Source: Ylistrum balloti (taxonomy: Eukaryota). From it: DNA of 64,000 bases. A program made the translations under genes and the position numbers. The notes below the pieces were generated by a model. That model had not been told where the DNA came from, ran no database searches, and saw nothing but the letters and a program-made list of their open reading frames with translations. The stretch covers positions 62,001-126,000 of the forward strand of contig NW_026781945.1 in the NCBI RefSeq assembly GCF_031769215.1, written 5' to 3'. How positions within the stretch are numbered: position 1 is the first letter of the stretch; the number at the start of each line of letters is the position of its first letter. Shown piece after piece: positions 1 to 11,175 of this stretch.

Positions 1-298
1 ATTCTACACAAACCATTTGAAGAAATCTGAATACTAAATGGCCAATTTAAAACTCAAATTCAATCTGAAGACAACCTACCTGTAAAAAGTCAATCTATCA
101 AAATACTATCTGTATGTAATCATTTGTAATACATGAATTAATAAACGTGAAAGAAAGCCTAATTCTAAACAAACAAGTTACCATCTGTAACTGAAAATCA
201 AAGTACAACAAAAAACCTAATTATAAATATATATAGATGTATATCTATCAATAATCAGTACATAAGTATATAAGTAAACTACAAATAGAATCAAGTAC

Positions 299-3200
299 CT
301 TGATAGGGAAAGACATATTTCTTGTCTGTGAGTAGAGTCTTGTGTGTCTTTACTGCAAGATTGTAGAGACTACCTCCTCTCCTGAACCACTCAGATGGCA
401 GTTGGTACCTAAATCAATTTTACAAAGTCAAGAATCAAGATATATGAGAACCACTTGTGGCATAATTAGGTACCCCAGTAGTACCTCTGAAACAGTTGTG
501 GTGTAAGTAGTACCCCAAGAATCACTTGTGGTGTTAGTGGTACCCCAAGAACCACTTGTGGTGTTAGTGGTACCCCAAGAACCACTCATGGTGTAAGTAG
601 TACCCCAGGAACCACTTGTGGTGTTAGTGGTACCCCAAGAACCACTTGTGGTGTTAGTGGTACCGAAAGAACCACTTGTGGTGTTAGTGGTACCCCAAGA
701 ACCACTTGTAGTGTTAGTGGTACCCCAAGAACCACTTGTAGTGTTAGTGGTACCCCAAGAACCACTTGTGGTATTAATGGACACCAGAAGAAACACTTGT
801 CGAGGGTGGTACCCCAAGAACCACTCATGGTGTAAGTAGTACCCCAGGAACCACTTGTGGTGTTAGTGGTACCCCAAGAACCACTTGTGGTGTTAGTGGT
901 ACCCCAAGAACCACTTGTGGTGTTAGTGGTACCCCAAGAACCACTTGTGGTGTTAGTGGTACCCCAAGAACCACTGGTACCCCAAGAATCACTTGTGGTG
1001 TTAGTGGTACCCCAAGAACCACTTGTGGTATTAGTGGTACCCCAAGAACCACTTGTGGTGTTAGTGGTACCCCAAGAACCACTCATGGTGTAAGTAGTAC
1101 CCCAGGAACCACTTGTGGTGTTAGTGGTACCCCAAGAACCGTTTGTGGTGTTAGTGGTACCCCAAGAACCACTTGTAGTGTTAGTGGTACTCCAAGAACC
1201 ACTTGTAGTGTTAGTGGTACCCCAAGAACCACTTGTGGTGTTAGTGGTACCCCAAGAACCACTTGTGGTGTTAGTGGTACCCCAAGAACCACTTGTGGTG
1301 TTAGTGGTACCCCAAGAACCACTTGTGGTGTTAGTGGTACCCCAAGAACCACTTGTGGTGTTAGTGGTACCCCAAGAACCACTTGTGGTGTTAGTGGTAC
1401 CCCAAGAACCACTTGTAGTGTTAGTGGTACCCCAAGAACCACTTGTAGTGTTAGTGGTACCCCAAGAACCACTCATGGTGTAAGTAGTACCCCAGGAACC
1501 ACTTGTGGTGTTAGTGGTTCCCCAAGAACCACTTGTGGTGTTAGTGGTACCCCAAGAACCACTTGTGGTGTTAGTGGTACCCCAAGAACCACTTGTGGTG
1601 TTAGTGGTACCCCAAGAACCGTTTGTGGTGTTAGTGGTACCCCAAGAACCACTTGTGGTGTTAGTGGTACCCCAAGAACCACTTGTGGTGTTAGTGGTAC
1701 CCCAAGAACCACTTGTGGTGTTAGTGGTACCCCAAGAACCACTTGTGGTGTTAGTGGTACCCCAAGAACCACTTGTGGTGTTAGTGGTACCCCAAGAACC
1801 ACTTGTGGTGTTAGTGGTACCCCAAGAACCACTTGTGGTGTTAGTGGTACCCCAAGAACCACTTGTGGTGTTAGTGGTACCCCAAGAACCACTTGTGGTA
1901 TTAGTGGTACCCCAAGAACCACTTGTGGTGTTAGTGGTACTCCTGAAACAGTTGTGGTGTAAGAAGTACCCCAAGAACCACTTGTGGGGTTTGCAGTCCT
2001 TTGAACCCCTTGTGGTGAAGGCCAACAAAAGAACTACTGGTGATGTAGGTGGAATTCAAAAACCACTTGTAGGGTAAGTGGACCAAAAGAACCACTTGTG
2101 GGCTAGGTTGTAAAATTATTTGAGGGCTAGGTGGTACCCTAAAACCCTGTGTGACTTAGATGGTATGTGAGAACTACTTGTGGATTAGGTAGTAACTAAG
2201 AACTATTTGAAGACTAGGTGGTAGCAAGGAACACTGTGTGATGTAAGTGCTATTCAAGGACCACTTGTAAGGTAGGTGTTAACAAAGAACCATGTGGTAT
2301 ATGTTGTCCTCATACAAACAAAACCTTATAAAGCCTTGTACAAACAAAACCTTATAAAGTAAAGAATTATAGACTTCTTCCAGCAATTATTCTGTTTATC
2401 ATCGTTTGTATATTCTTGCTTTTTCTGAGTAAATGGAATGACCGACAGCTAATTCAGATTCAAATTTTAGCTAGGGTCATTCAGCATGACCGAACATAAT
2501 AAACTAAGCCTTAATAAACAAACTAAGCCTTATTCTCATTTTAGAAACAGTATCTGTGACCCTTGTTGCTTATTCAAAACTACATTACTTACAGAAATAC
2601 ATATACCAGTAAAGTTATATCACAGTGAAATTTCAGGAATTTTAAATTTCCTGATACTGAAATAGTCTATGAAAATAAAAACTAAGCTGCAATTTGTACA
2701 CCTACTGCTGTGTATGCCTTGTCAGGGCCTGGTCACATGTATGTGTATATATACCTAATCAGGGCTTCACAGGTAAGACATCTGTAGAGAACATGCTCCT
2801 CTACTGCAATTTTTGTTGTCTCTATCACCTCTTCGAGTTTCACCCCGACAATTCCTACAACACAACATTACACAGTAGGTTTCATCTTAACTTTCGCTAT
2901 GGATCATTTTTAAAAACAATTCACAGGATCCATTTAATTCAACATTATTTAATTTCATATATGTTGTATTTGACTGTGAGGCAGTGACATGTTTGTTAAA
3001 AACTGGTTAAAGCTGACAATGCAAGTTAAAAACTTTCATCTTGAGATAAAAATAAATCAGTATGCTTCTACCATGTTCTTCCAGAATACAGAAATAAATT
3101 CCTGTGTTATAAGCTCTACTATTTATTTATTTCCTTAAAAAAAAAAACCTCACTGGTCAAATTTTCACACAGTGTTGTTATCTAACATTTTCAAGCACCT

Positions 3201-6200
3201 CAGCGACAAAGTAAAATTGGTTGAGTTTAGTGCACATGTAGGTGTTTCATGATATATTTGATGGATTATGGGAAGTTCGCTGTGCTTTAAAGGAGTGTAC
3301 TCTTTTAAGGTTTTATTTCAGGTAGTCAATGATGAAATGATAACCAGTCACAGGTTGCAAGCTTTTCATACCCTGGGATGCCCATACTCATTTCCAAGTA
3401 AGGCTTAGACTAAAATAACTGCCAATTCCTTAGATACACCGACCAAAAGATATCGTTATCAAAGGGGGCATCTCCGAAGCATTTGGGTAAAAGAAACTTT
3501 TTTCTAAATCTCAAAATCAATTCTTTTTCACTTGTATTGTGAGATCTATCATTTTTCAAATGTTTAAAGCATAAGTATCAGTCTACATAAGGATACTTTT
3601 TATAACATCCAAGGATACCATTTATAGTTTCAATAATTGTGTGAAATTGATTCAAATGAACCTTCACAGTCTCTGGTGCTTTAAATGTTATCAGCCTGTG
3701 TTTGATGTACCTGAAGATTTGTACAGGAACTGGTGAACATCAGCCACCAGCTGAGGAGGGACTCCATTCTTCTGTATAAACACTTCATCCATGGCTGACA
3801 CCAGTTGACGAATGTACTTGTCCTACAGGAAACAAATGTGATATTTTCTTGACAAACTTGACAAGAAGTTCTATCAAGGAATTCTTATTTTCCACAAGTA
3901 TATGATTGTCATGCTACACTATGTCTCACTACTGTAAAGAAATATGAAATATCTATACTGTGTATCAATGACATATATTGTGCCATCATGAAAAGCAACA
4001 TTAAATGACACACAAATTTACAGCTAAAACAATTAGAAAATGACAGTAAGACATAAATGCCCTAATGCCAAGATGATGTGTTTGAATTTAATCAGTTGAT
4101 GATTACACATTGCAAGAGCAATCTTGGCCTTGACCATGGGCTCCTCAAACACAATGTTGTATACTCATTCTTGATCATTGTGTAAAGTTTTACCAAAATC
4201 TCTCGAACAATGAAGTTCCTATGTGATTATTCTGAATCGGTACGGAACGGAATTAATTTTACTAGTTACCAATCATTTAGTATGAAACTGAACATTTTTT
4301 AGTTGAGTGTGTGACAGATATTTTCCTCTGATTTTTATGAAACTTATGAAGTACATCTAAATTGTAAAGTAATCAGCCAAGACAATGGAAAACCATTTAA
4401 GAGTCTGCATTTATTTAGCATGTTATCAAGTTATTGAACAAGTGCTACACATATACATGTATTGTGATCTAGTACACACCAATTCAAAGACACAATGGTC
4501 CACCTGAGTTCAAGAAGCAAAGATGTCAAATCCCTGTGTAGTTGAATATCAACTAAAACTGTCATACCCATAAATAACTTAAATGTGGCTTTCAGATAAA
4601 ATGTTGGTTAAGGATGTGGTTTTTTTATGAGACATAAACAAAGGGCCCACAGGGCCTGCATCACCCATCGGGCTAATTTAGCTATTCAGTCTTTTAAAAA
4701 AGAATTTCATATAATTTCTGAAATAATTTACTTATAAGGTTGTGGTCTTGTGGTTAAACAGTAGTAAGATTCACTATTCAAAAAACTGTTTCTGACCAAA
4801 CTTGGACAATATCCTTGTATGAAAGAAGGGTTTTATGAACTTACATTTCCCCTAATGGGCCTCATCCGTCCTGCCCCAGGGGGCTGGGATCCCCAATACA
4901 TGCAGAACTGATTTCCCTTCATCTGAGAATACTTCAGAGACAAAATTTTAGAAAAATCCAATCATTCCTACAGCAGGAGTAGAATTTTACGGAATTTGCT
5001 TTATTTCCCTTTTGGGCTGCACTCCTCCCTCCAAAGGGGGCCAAGACATACCGTTTTCACAAAATTGATTTTTCTCAAAGTTAGAATGCCTCGGACCAAA
5101 TTTGAGTAATATCCATAACTTCCTACGGAAGCAGTAGGATTTGTAAGCATTTACTCTATTTCCCCTATTAAGTGCCCCTACCCCTCCCGTCTCAAGGTAG
5201 TCTGGAACAAATGTTTATACAATCTTGGTTCCTCTTCCCCCAAGGATGCTTCTGACAAAATTTGGTAAAAATTTGTTCAGTTGTTCATGATAAGTAGTAG
5301 TTTTTAGTAAAAAGTTGAGATGACGAATGCCACACATGACATAGGATCATCAGTCTATGGACCAAGTGAGCTAGACTTAATATTTCTTAAGCATGTGCTT
5401 ATGAAAAAATTTCATGGTTTTGGAGAGAATTGGCAGTTTCACTACCTCTAAACGCCTCTGACCTTGGACTCAATTATGTTGCAGCTTGCTCCAAAACAGT
5501 CTTGCTATCACTCCTACCTACTTTTACATATAAAAAAGGGTTACAGTTCCAAGCCATTGGCATTTTATTACTGTTTTTGCATTTAAGCTCTGCCAAAACC
5601 AGCCATACTCAAGACAGATGAACAGTACATTCAGAGACCAAGAATTTTGAAAATTTGCTAGAGCTACTCTTCAAGATCACAATCGTATCAAGGACTTATT
5701 TCAGTTATGTCTCCAAGAAGAGATCCCTAAGGGGATGAGGACAACAAATTTTGAAATTTTGATGTCCCTTTATAAATTGATGCCTATGATCAGAATTCAT
5801 TTAAATAAGAAATATTCTTAAGAAATATTTACTTTTTTTATCAAAAAGAATACAAATATTGAAATAGTGTTATTGAGTCAAATTTCAAGAGTACCATGTT
5901 TTTTTTTATCAAATAGAGCATGCCAAGTTTTCAAGAGATGTTTGGAAAACTGACAAGAAATCTAGACAAAATCAGAATGTTGAAAAGAACAAAGGACAAT
6001 AACTTTTTGAAAATATTGTTTCATCAAAAGGTCACTTTGCACCTTGTTTTTGTATGACTGATGAATACATCATATTTCATTATCCTAGTTTAATAAAAGC
6101 AAAAGCAAATTTTTAACAAAGGGCAATAACTAAATAAGGGGCCACAGGCCTTGAATTTGATACAATGCACAACCTCTTTGTATGATCAATGCATACACTA

Positions 6201-9200
6201 ACTTTCCTTACCCTAGTTTTAATGCTAGCAAGTTATTCTCTGGCCAAGAATTTTTTTATAACAAATGGCAATAGTACTGTAACTGAGGGGTAAAGGACAA
6301 TAAATTTGGCATATTGTCTTTGTATGATCAATGTATACACCACGTTTTACTATCCTAGTTTAAATGCATTCAAAGTTATACTCTGGACATGAAAATATAA
6401 ATTTTTGTCAAAAATGTATAGATAACTAGAACACTGACAAGGACCTGTGGCAGGAAATCCCCCCTGCATCAACTCACCCTTAGACACACACAGTATGAGT
6501 TTTTGGATTGTTTTGGCCAAAAAAAACTTGAGTTATCTCAGAGAAATTGATTTTTTAAAATTTAATTTGATCTTCAAAGCAGAAAAGCAATCCAGAAGAA
6601 CTGCATGATGTTTGACTTTGATTGGCCTACACAAATTTGAGTTATCACATTGAAACTGATTTTTCTATTTACAGTTTAAGTGACCATGACTTTGGACCTT
6701 CGAAGATGAAAAGCAATCTGAAAGCATTGTATGATGTTTTACTTTGATTGGCTAATGCAAATTTGAGTTATCACTGGGAAACTAATTTTTCTATTTATAG
6801 TAACAGTGACATTGCCCTTTGATCTTCAATTGGTAAAGCAATCCTGAGCAAACATTTTCAGTAAGGAAGTACTGTAAAAAGTTTGGGTTAGATTGGCGAA
6901 AGCGAATTCTCGTTATCACATAAAAACTGATTTTCTATTTATAGTAAAACTGACTGACCTTTGACTTTTGAAGTTGAAAAGCAATCCCATACAAACATTT
7001 CAATAAGGAGCACTATATGAAGTTTTCGCTGGATAGGCCCAAGGAAACTAAACTTATACCACAGAAACAAACTTTTTTAAAAAAAATGGTTAAAATTAAA
7101 TGATTTTCTACATTTAGCAAGTGACCTTGACCTTTGACCTCTGGACATGTAAAGCTTAATCAAACCAGCACTTCCTTTGAGATAATAGTGGATAAAATCT
7201 GAGTGCATGTGGCCAAATACAACTCTAGATATTGTTGAGCATAAGCTGATTTTCTATTTATAGCAACAGTGACCTCGACCTTTAATCTTGGGAGATGAAA
7301 AGCTACATACCCCAAGCAAGCACTTCCTTCAAGGAGACTTGGCATAAAGTATGAGTGCCATTGGCCCAACAGCATTTGAAATACAGTAGAAAAACCAAAA
7401 AAGAAACAAATGGACTGACAGACAGACAGACAAGCCAATTACTATAGGGCACCAGTATCTCGATGCAGGGCCCTTACAAGGGCTAACAAGGAAATGTTAG
7501 CAAACGGACAGATGGACGAACAATGCAGGGTATACCATAATATGACCCCTCAATGACGGGTGTATGAAAAGCTGAAAATCTGAAAAGTTAAGTGTTAAAA
7601 GGGGCAATGCATGACAACTGACAATTCATGGTGATGGCATAAGTCAGCATGAGCCATTGGCTCAGGTAACCTAACAAATACATAACAAGCATTATTCTTT
7701 TTTGTGTCTTCAAATGTGATTTCATGCTATTTAAGAAATTCTCCCCCAAATGTTCTTCTTTTAAATATATTAAAGTATTCTGTTGCTTTACTAAAACAAT
7801 GGATAAACTTATACCATTGCAGTGCAGATTTGACATCACCTACTGTATAAGTATCAACTCACTGATAAACACTTGTCACCTCCTATTCTACAAAGTCCTG
7901 AATGGTCAAACTCAATGTATTTATCAATCAAATCTGAAGGAACTCCCCAAGCTCGCTGGATCATAGATCTGGGCAGGTTAGGCAGCTTCCTTCCTGAAAT
8001 AATCATTTATACCACACTTATCACCTACAAAAGTAGGAAGACATATGATTTCATATCACAAACCCAAATCTAATCTTATCATTTAATAATCATGAGCTAC
8101 TTCATCATCTAAATATTATCTCATTATATTTTGAATACAAATAAGTTTTCTTAATGTTTGTCCTCTTACATGAAATTAAACATTAATCACTTCACAAGAT
8201 TAAAGTTAAAGTTTCAATTTCAAATGAATTGCATCCTAAGAATGACCTCTGACCTTTGATTCCTACGAGAGGAATGTAGTGATTCCGTCCTGAACTGCTC
8301 CAGGCAATACACAGTGGTTTGTTGAGTGTACCATCTCGGCTTCTGCAGGCTTCAGGCTCCACCAAAGCTGGCAGGAAAACACCTGACACAAGTTTGATAA
8401 AGAAACAATTCAGTTTTGAATTTAATCATGTCATGTTTTTAAGAGGGGAGGGTGCTAGTATAAAGAAGAGAAAATATCTGATCACTTGTCAATTTCAGGC
8501 AGTTGTTCATTTTACTGTATATAAATGGTCTAAACCTACCAGAATAATCCCCTGAGCTCTGCATGCCAAGACAAGAATCCAAAAGAATCACAGGTCTATG
8601 TAGAACATTAGCCAAACCAAACACATGAATGTTTCGGAGACCCAATGGCTCTCCATCACTAGGAATAAAGTCTGGGTCACATTCCCTAATAATTGAGTCC
8701 CATTCATCGATGTCTATAAATTCTCTAAAATGTTCCTTGTATCTTGACAAATCTTTCTGGAAATGGTCGCTTAAATTCAGTCGTAGAGCATGCCAGAATA
8801 ATTCCCTGCCTACCAAAGCTCGGGAAACAGCATGTACAAGGCAATGTCCATCTCCATCAGCATGTATAGGGACAAGGCGTTCTTCGTTGTCATTGTAGAG
8901 CTTGATTTCTTTCAGAATGTCTGCTAAATATCTAACACTTCCAGACCTGTCCCTCCCATATCCAATCACCTCCAAGTTCTCTTCCTCAATGAGGAAAGCA
9001 CGATCACCAAGAATTTTTCCACAATTGAAAATATCTTGTTGTGAAAGCTCCCTCAAAAGTATAGCCTTTCCAGTTCTCTTGTCCATTCCATAATGTGTCA
9101 AAATTGGAGAAATAGATTTGCAGACATAGTTTGATAAGCCTAAAACTTTGACATCATCAGTTCCTTTCTTTGGCTTCACATTTCCTAAGAGGATGTTTTT

Positions 9201-9404
9201 CAAAATGTTGTGTAATGCTACACTAGGATTAGTTACTTCAGCAATATTCTGAAGTGATGTCTGCTCGTGTCGTTTTCCACAGCCTGTGCATTCCACACTC
9301 TTGTCATAGGCAGGAAAAAACAACTTGGCCTGGCACTGCTCGTCAGGACAGGACCCACAGAGCACTCTGTTCTCCTCACTTCTCTGTCTAGACAGACCCT
9401 GCAT
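299..9404 (-). CDS. VCPIP1: Deubiquitinase VCIP135 (OTU family); 5' part only, gene continues beyond window start
   Basis: Coding exons 9404-8540, 8382-8254, 7993-7863, 3822-3711, 2854-2755, 408-299, all GT-AG and phase-consistent. Motifs: CPDEQCQAKLFFP, OTU DGDGHCLVHAVSRAL, GRNHYIPLVG, AWGVPSDLIDKYI, DKYIRQLVSAMDEVF, GGSLYNLAVKTH. An in-frame TAG lies upstream of ATG 9404 in the same exon. Confidence 0.95.
480..1990. repeat. 30-bp minisatellite, ~50 copies, in a VCPIP1 intron
   Basis: Unit ACTTGTGGTGTTAGTGGTACCCCAAGAACC seen directly; degenerate copies continue to ~2300. Lies between exons 2854-2755 and 408-299, which join in frame without it. Confidence 0.97.
4615..5375. mobile_element. 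Non-autonomous Helentron/HINE-like interspersed element
   Basis: Starts AAACAAAGGGCCCACAGGGCC and ends ...GGACCAAGTGAGCTAG; these ends resemble recalled bivalve non-autonomous elements. Family call is from memory. Confidence 0.5.
5900..7680. mobile_element. Cluster of nested Helentron/HINE-like non-autonomous elements
   Basis: Repeated GACCTTTGACCT-type motifs, (GACA)n at ~7416-7432 followed by a short hairpin, a GGAC-rich end at ~7505-7565, and TTGGCTCAGGTAACCTAAC at ~7657. Confidence 0.45.
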
Positions 9405-9432
9405 ATTGTCAACTACTGTAGCCAGTCTTGGT

Positions 9433-9468
9433 CTACCAATCTACTAGCATCAGCAGTATTTGCTTCAT
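9433..9468 (-). promoter_or_regulatory. Upstream ORF (MKQILLMLVDW*) in the VCPIP1 5' UTR
   Basis: ATG 9468 to TAG 9433, inside the exon whose acceptor is at 9473-9472; ends 28 nt before main ATG 9404. Confidence 0.6.
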
Positions 9469-10841
9469 AGTCTGGAAAAAAAGAGTAGTTCATTGTTGTG
9501 ATGTACCATGTTCACAGCTAAACCTTAATAACCAAAGTTTTGGGAGTCTATTCTAAATGTGATACAATTCAAATATAAAGAACTGCTGCAAAATTGGATG
9601 CAAGAACTGTGATGCATTGTGTTTCAGAGAAACAGGTAGGGGATTCAGGGTATGACTTCATGAACACCAGAAAGATACAAAATCACAAAAAGAAAAAAAA
9701 ATCACTAGATCAGATCGAAAACATTCTCAGTTCAAAATTAATAAATCAGTACTTACAGATCATTCTACACAGCAAAATCATATCATTGACAGAGAAAATT
9801 ACAAAACAGTCAACAGAGTAAACAACCTTCTCAGACGGCTCGTTAAGGATGCATCCGATTATGTTGTAGCAGGCCAGTACTAAACAAAGACGAGTGGGGG
9901 CCACAGGCTCTCACAATTCTATGACCAAGTGTTTGACAAAGTGTAGCCAAATCGTCTACAGTACATTGTTACCATCTTGTGACTTTAATTTATTTAACAT
10001 CTCATCATACCATTTTCATCCTTAGTGTACATAGGATTATAGTACAGCTGTACACTATGTGTCTGTGCTAGTATGCTCCACATTCGTCATTTGTCTGATG
10101 AATGTGACCATAAAATAGTTATCAAAACGTCACACTCAAATCTTCTACTCATTGTGTTAAACGAACTTCTATTCTATTCATTTCTTTCATCTTATGTAAT
10201 TTTACATTATCCATTTAGAAAGAGTCTTTTGTGGTTTTTGTGAAGGAAGGTTTGAAAAATATTACATTGAAAGTCATCACAATAACATTGTAAATATTTG
10301 ATTTTTAAATGGGGTGTACAAGCACAAGTTCTGACATCTATCAATATCTGTCATTACACAGGTGTTGTTTAACAACAACTACATGTGATTATAATATTGC
10401 TGAAAGTGTTTATAAATGTCTCTTTGAAGTTAATACAACAATATTTGAAATCACTGACAAGTATTCTGGTGTTTAGTGTTCGAGCACTGGCCAGGTGACT
10501 TTTATTTGCATCATAGCTATTTATGAAATAATCTATTTTTATTTTGTGGTCGTTTGACCGATTTAACGGCAGTTGTCATCAAACGCTCTCGTCAAATTAT
10601 CACAATCTGACTGCCGTTCACGTAGACAATTTTTTTGTATCACCATAGCCTCGTGATCACAGGATTTTCTTTTTACATGACACTTTTGTCTGCAGAAGGT
10701 AATCAAATGTCAGTATTCAGAACTGGGAAAAATGTAAACAAAGTTTAGGTTCATCTATTTTGCTATTACAGTTTGGTCATACTTCCACTTTGAAGATTCT
10801 ATATGACGTGTTAAAAGTGATTAATCAATCAGTGTACAAAC

Positions 10842-11175
10842 CTTCATGTGACAATTGACTGATTTGTTGTCTCATCATAAATAAAGTCGGAGAATCCAAA
10901 GACGAAGTTTGTTTCGATTTCAGTTGTAACCGGAAGTGAAGTGTTTTAGACTGAGGTGCAGAAAATGGTCTTCATTAATTGGATCTTAATATCAAAGAAA
11001 ATTAAAACTCCAACATAAAATTTTTAACTATATTATCTGATAAGTAAATAATGTTATTGTCCTCATACTAGAAATAAGGCAACACACTCACTTATGGGAG
11101 AAATTGTGCGGATTTTAATCCCATCCAGCGACCAATGAAATGACAGACCCTCTAGTCATATCATTAGCTTCGAAG
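10842..11175. promoter_or_regulatory. Probable bidirectional promoter VCPIP1 / PPP1R2
   Basis: ETS/GABP-type CCGGAAGTG at 10930-10938, CCAAT at 11133-11137, local CpG enrichment, candidate minus-strand first-exon donor (ATGAAG|GTTTGT) at 10841, PPP1R2 ATG at 11176. Confidence 0.6.

Noticed and set aside
428-2077. Overlapping repetitive ORFs (VLVVPQEPLV, VLGVPLTPQV, TTNTTSGSWG) as real genes
   Set aside because: They arise from a stop-free 30-bp unit read in several frames inside a VCPIP1 intron; they have no unique domain, and one is frameshifted.
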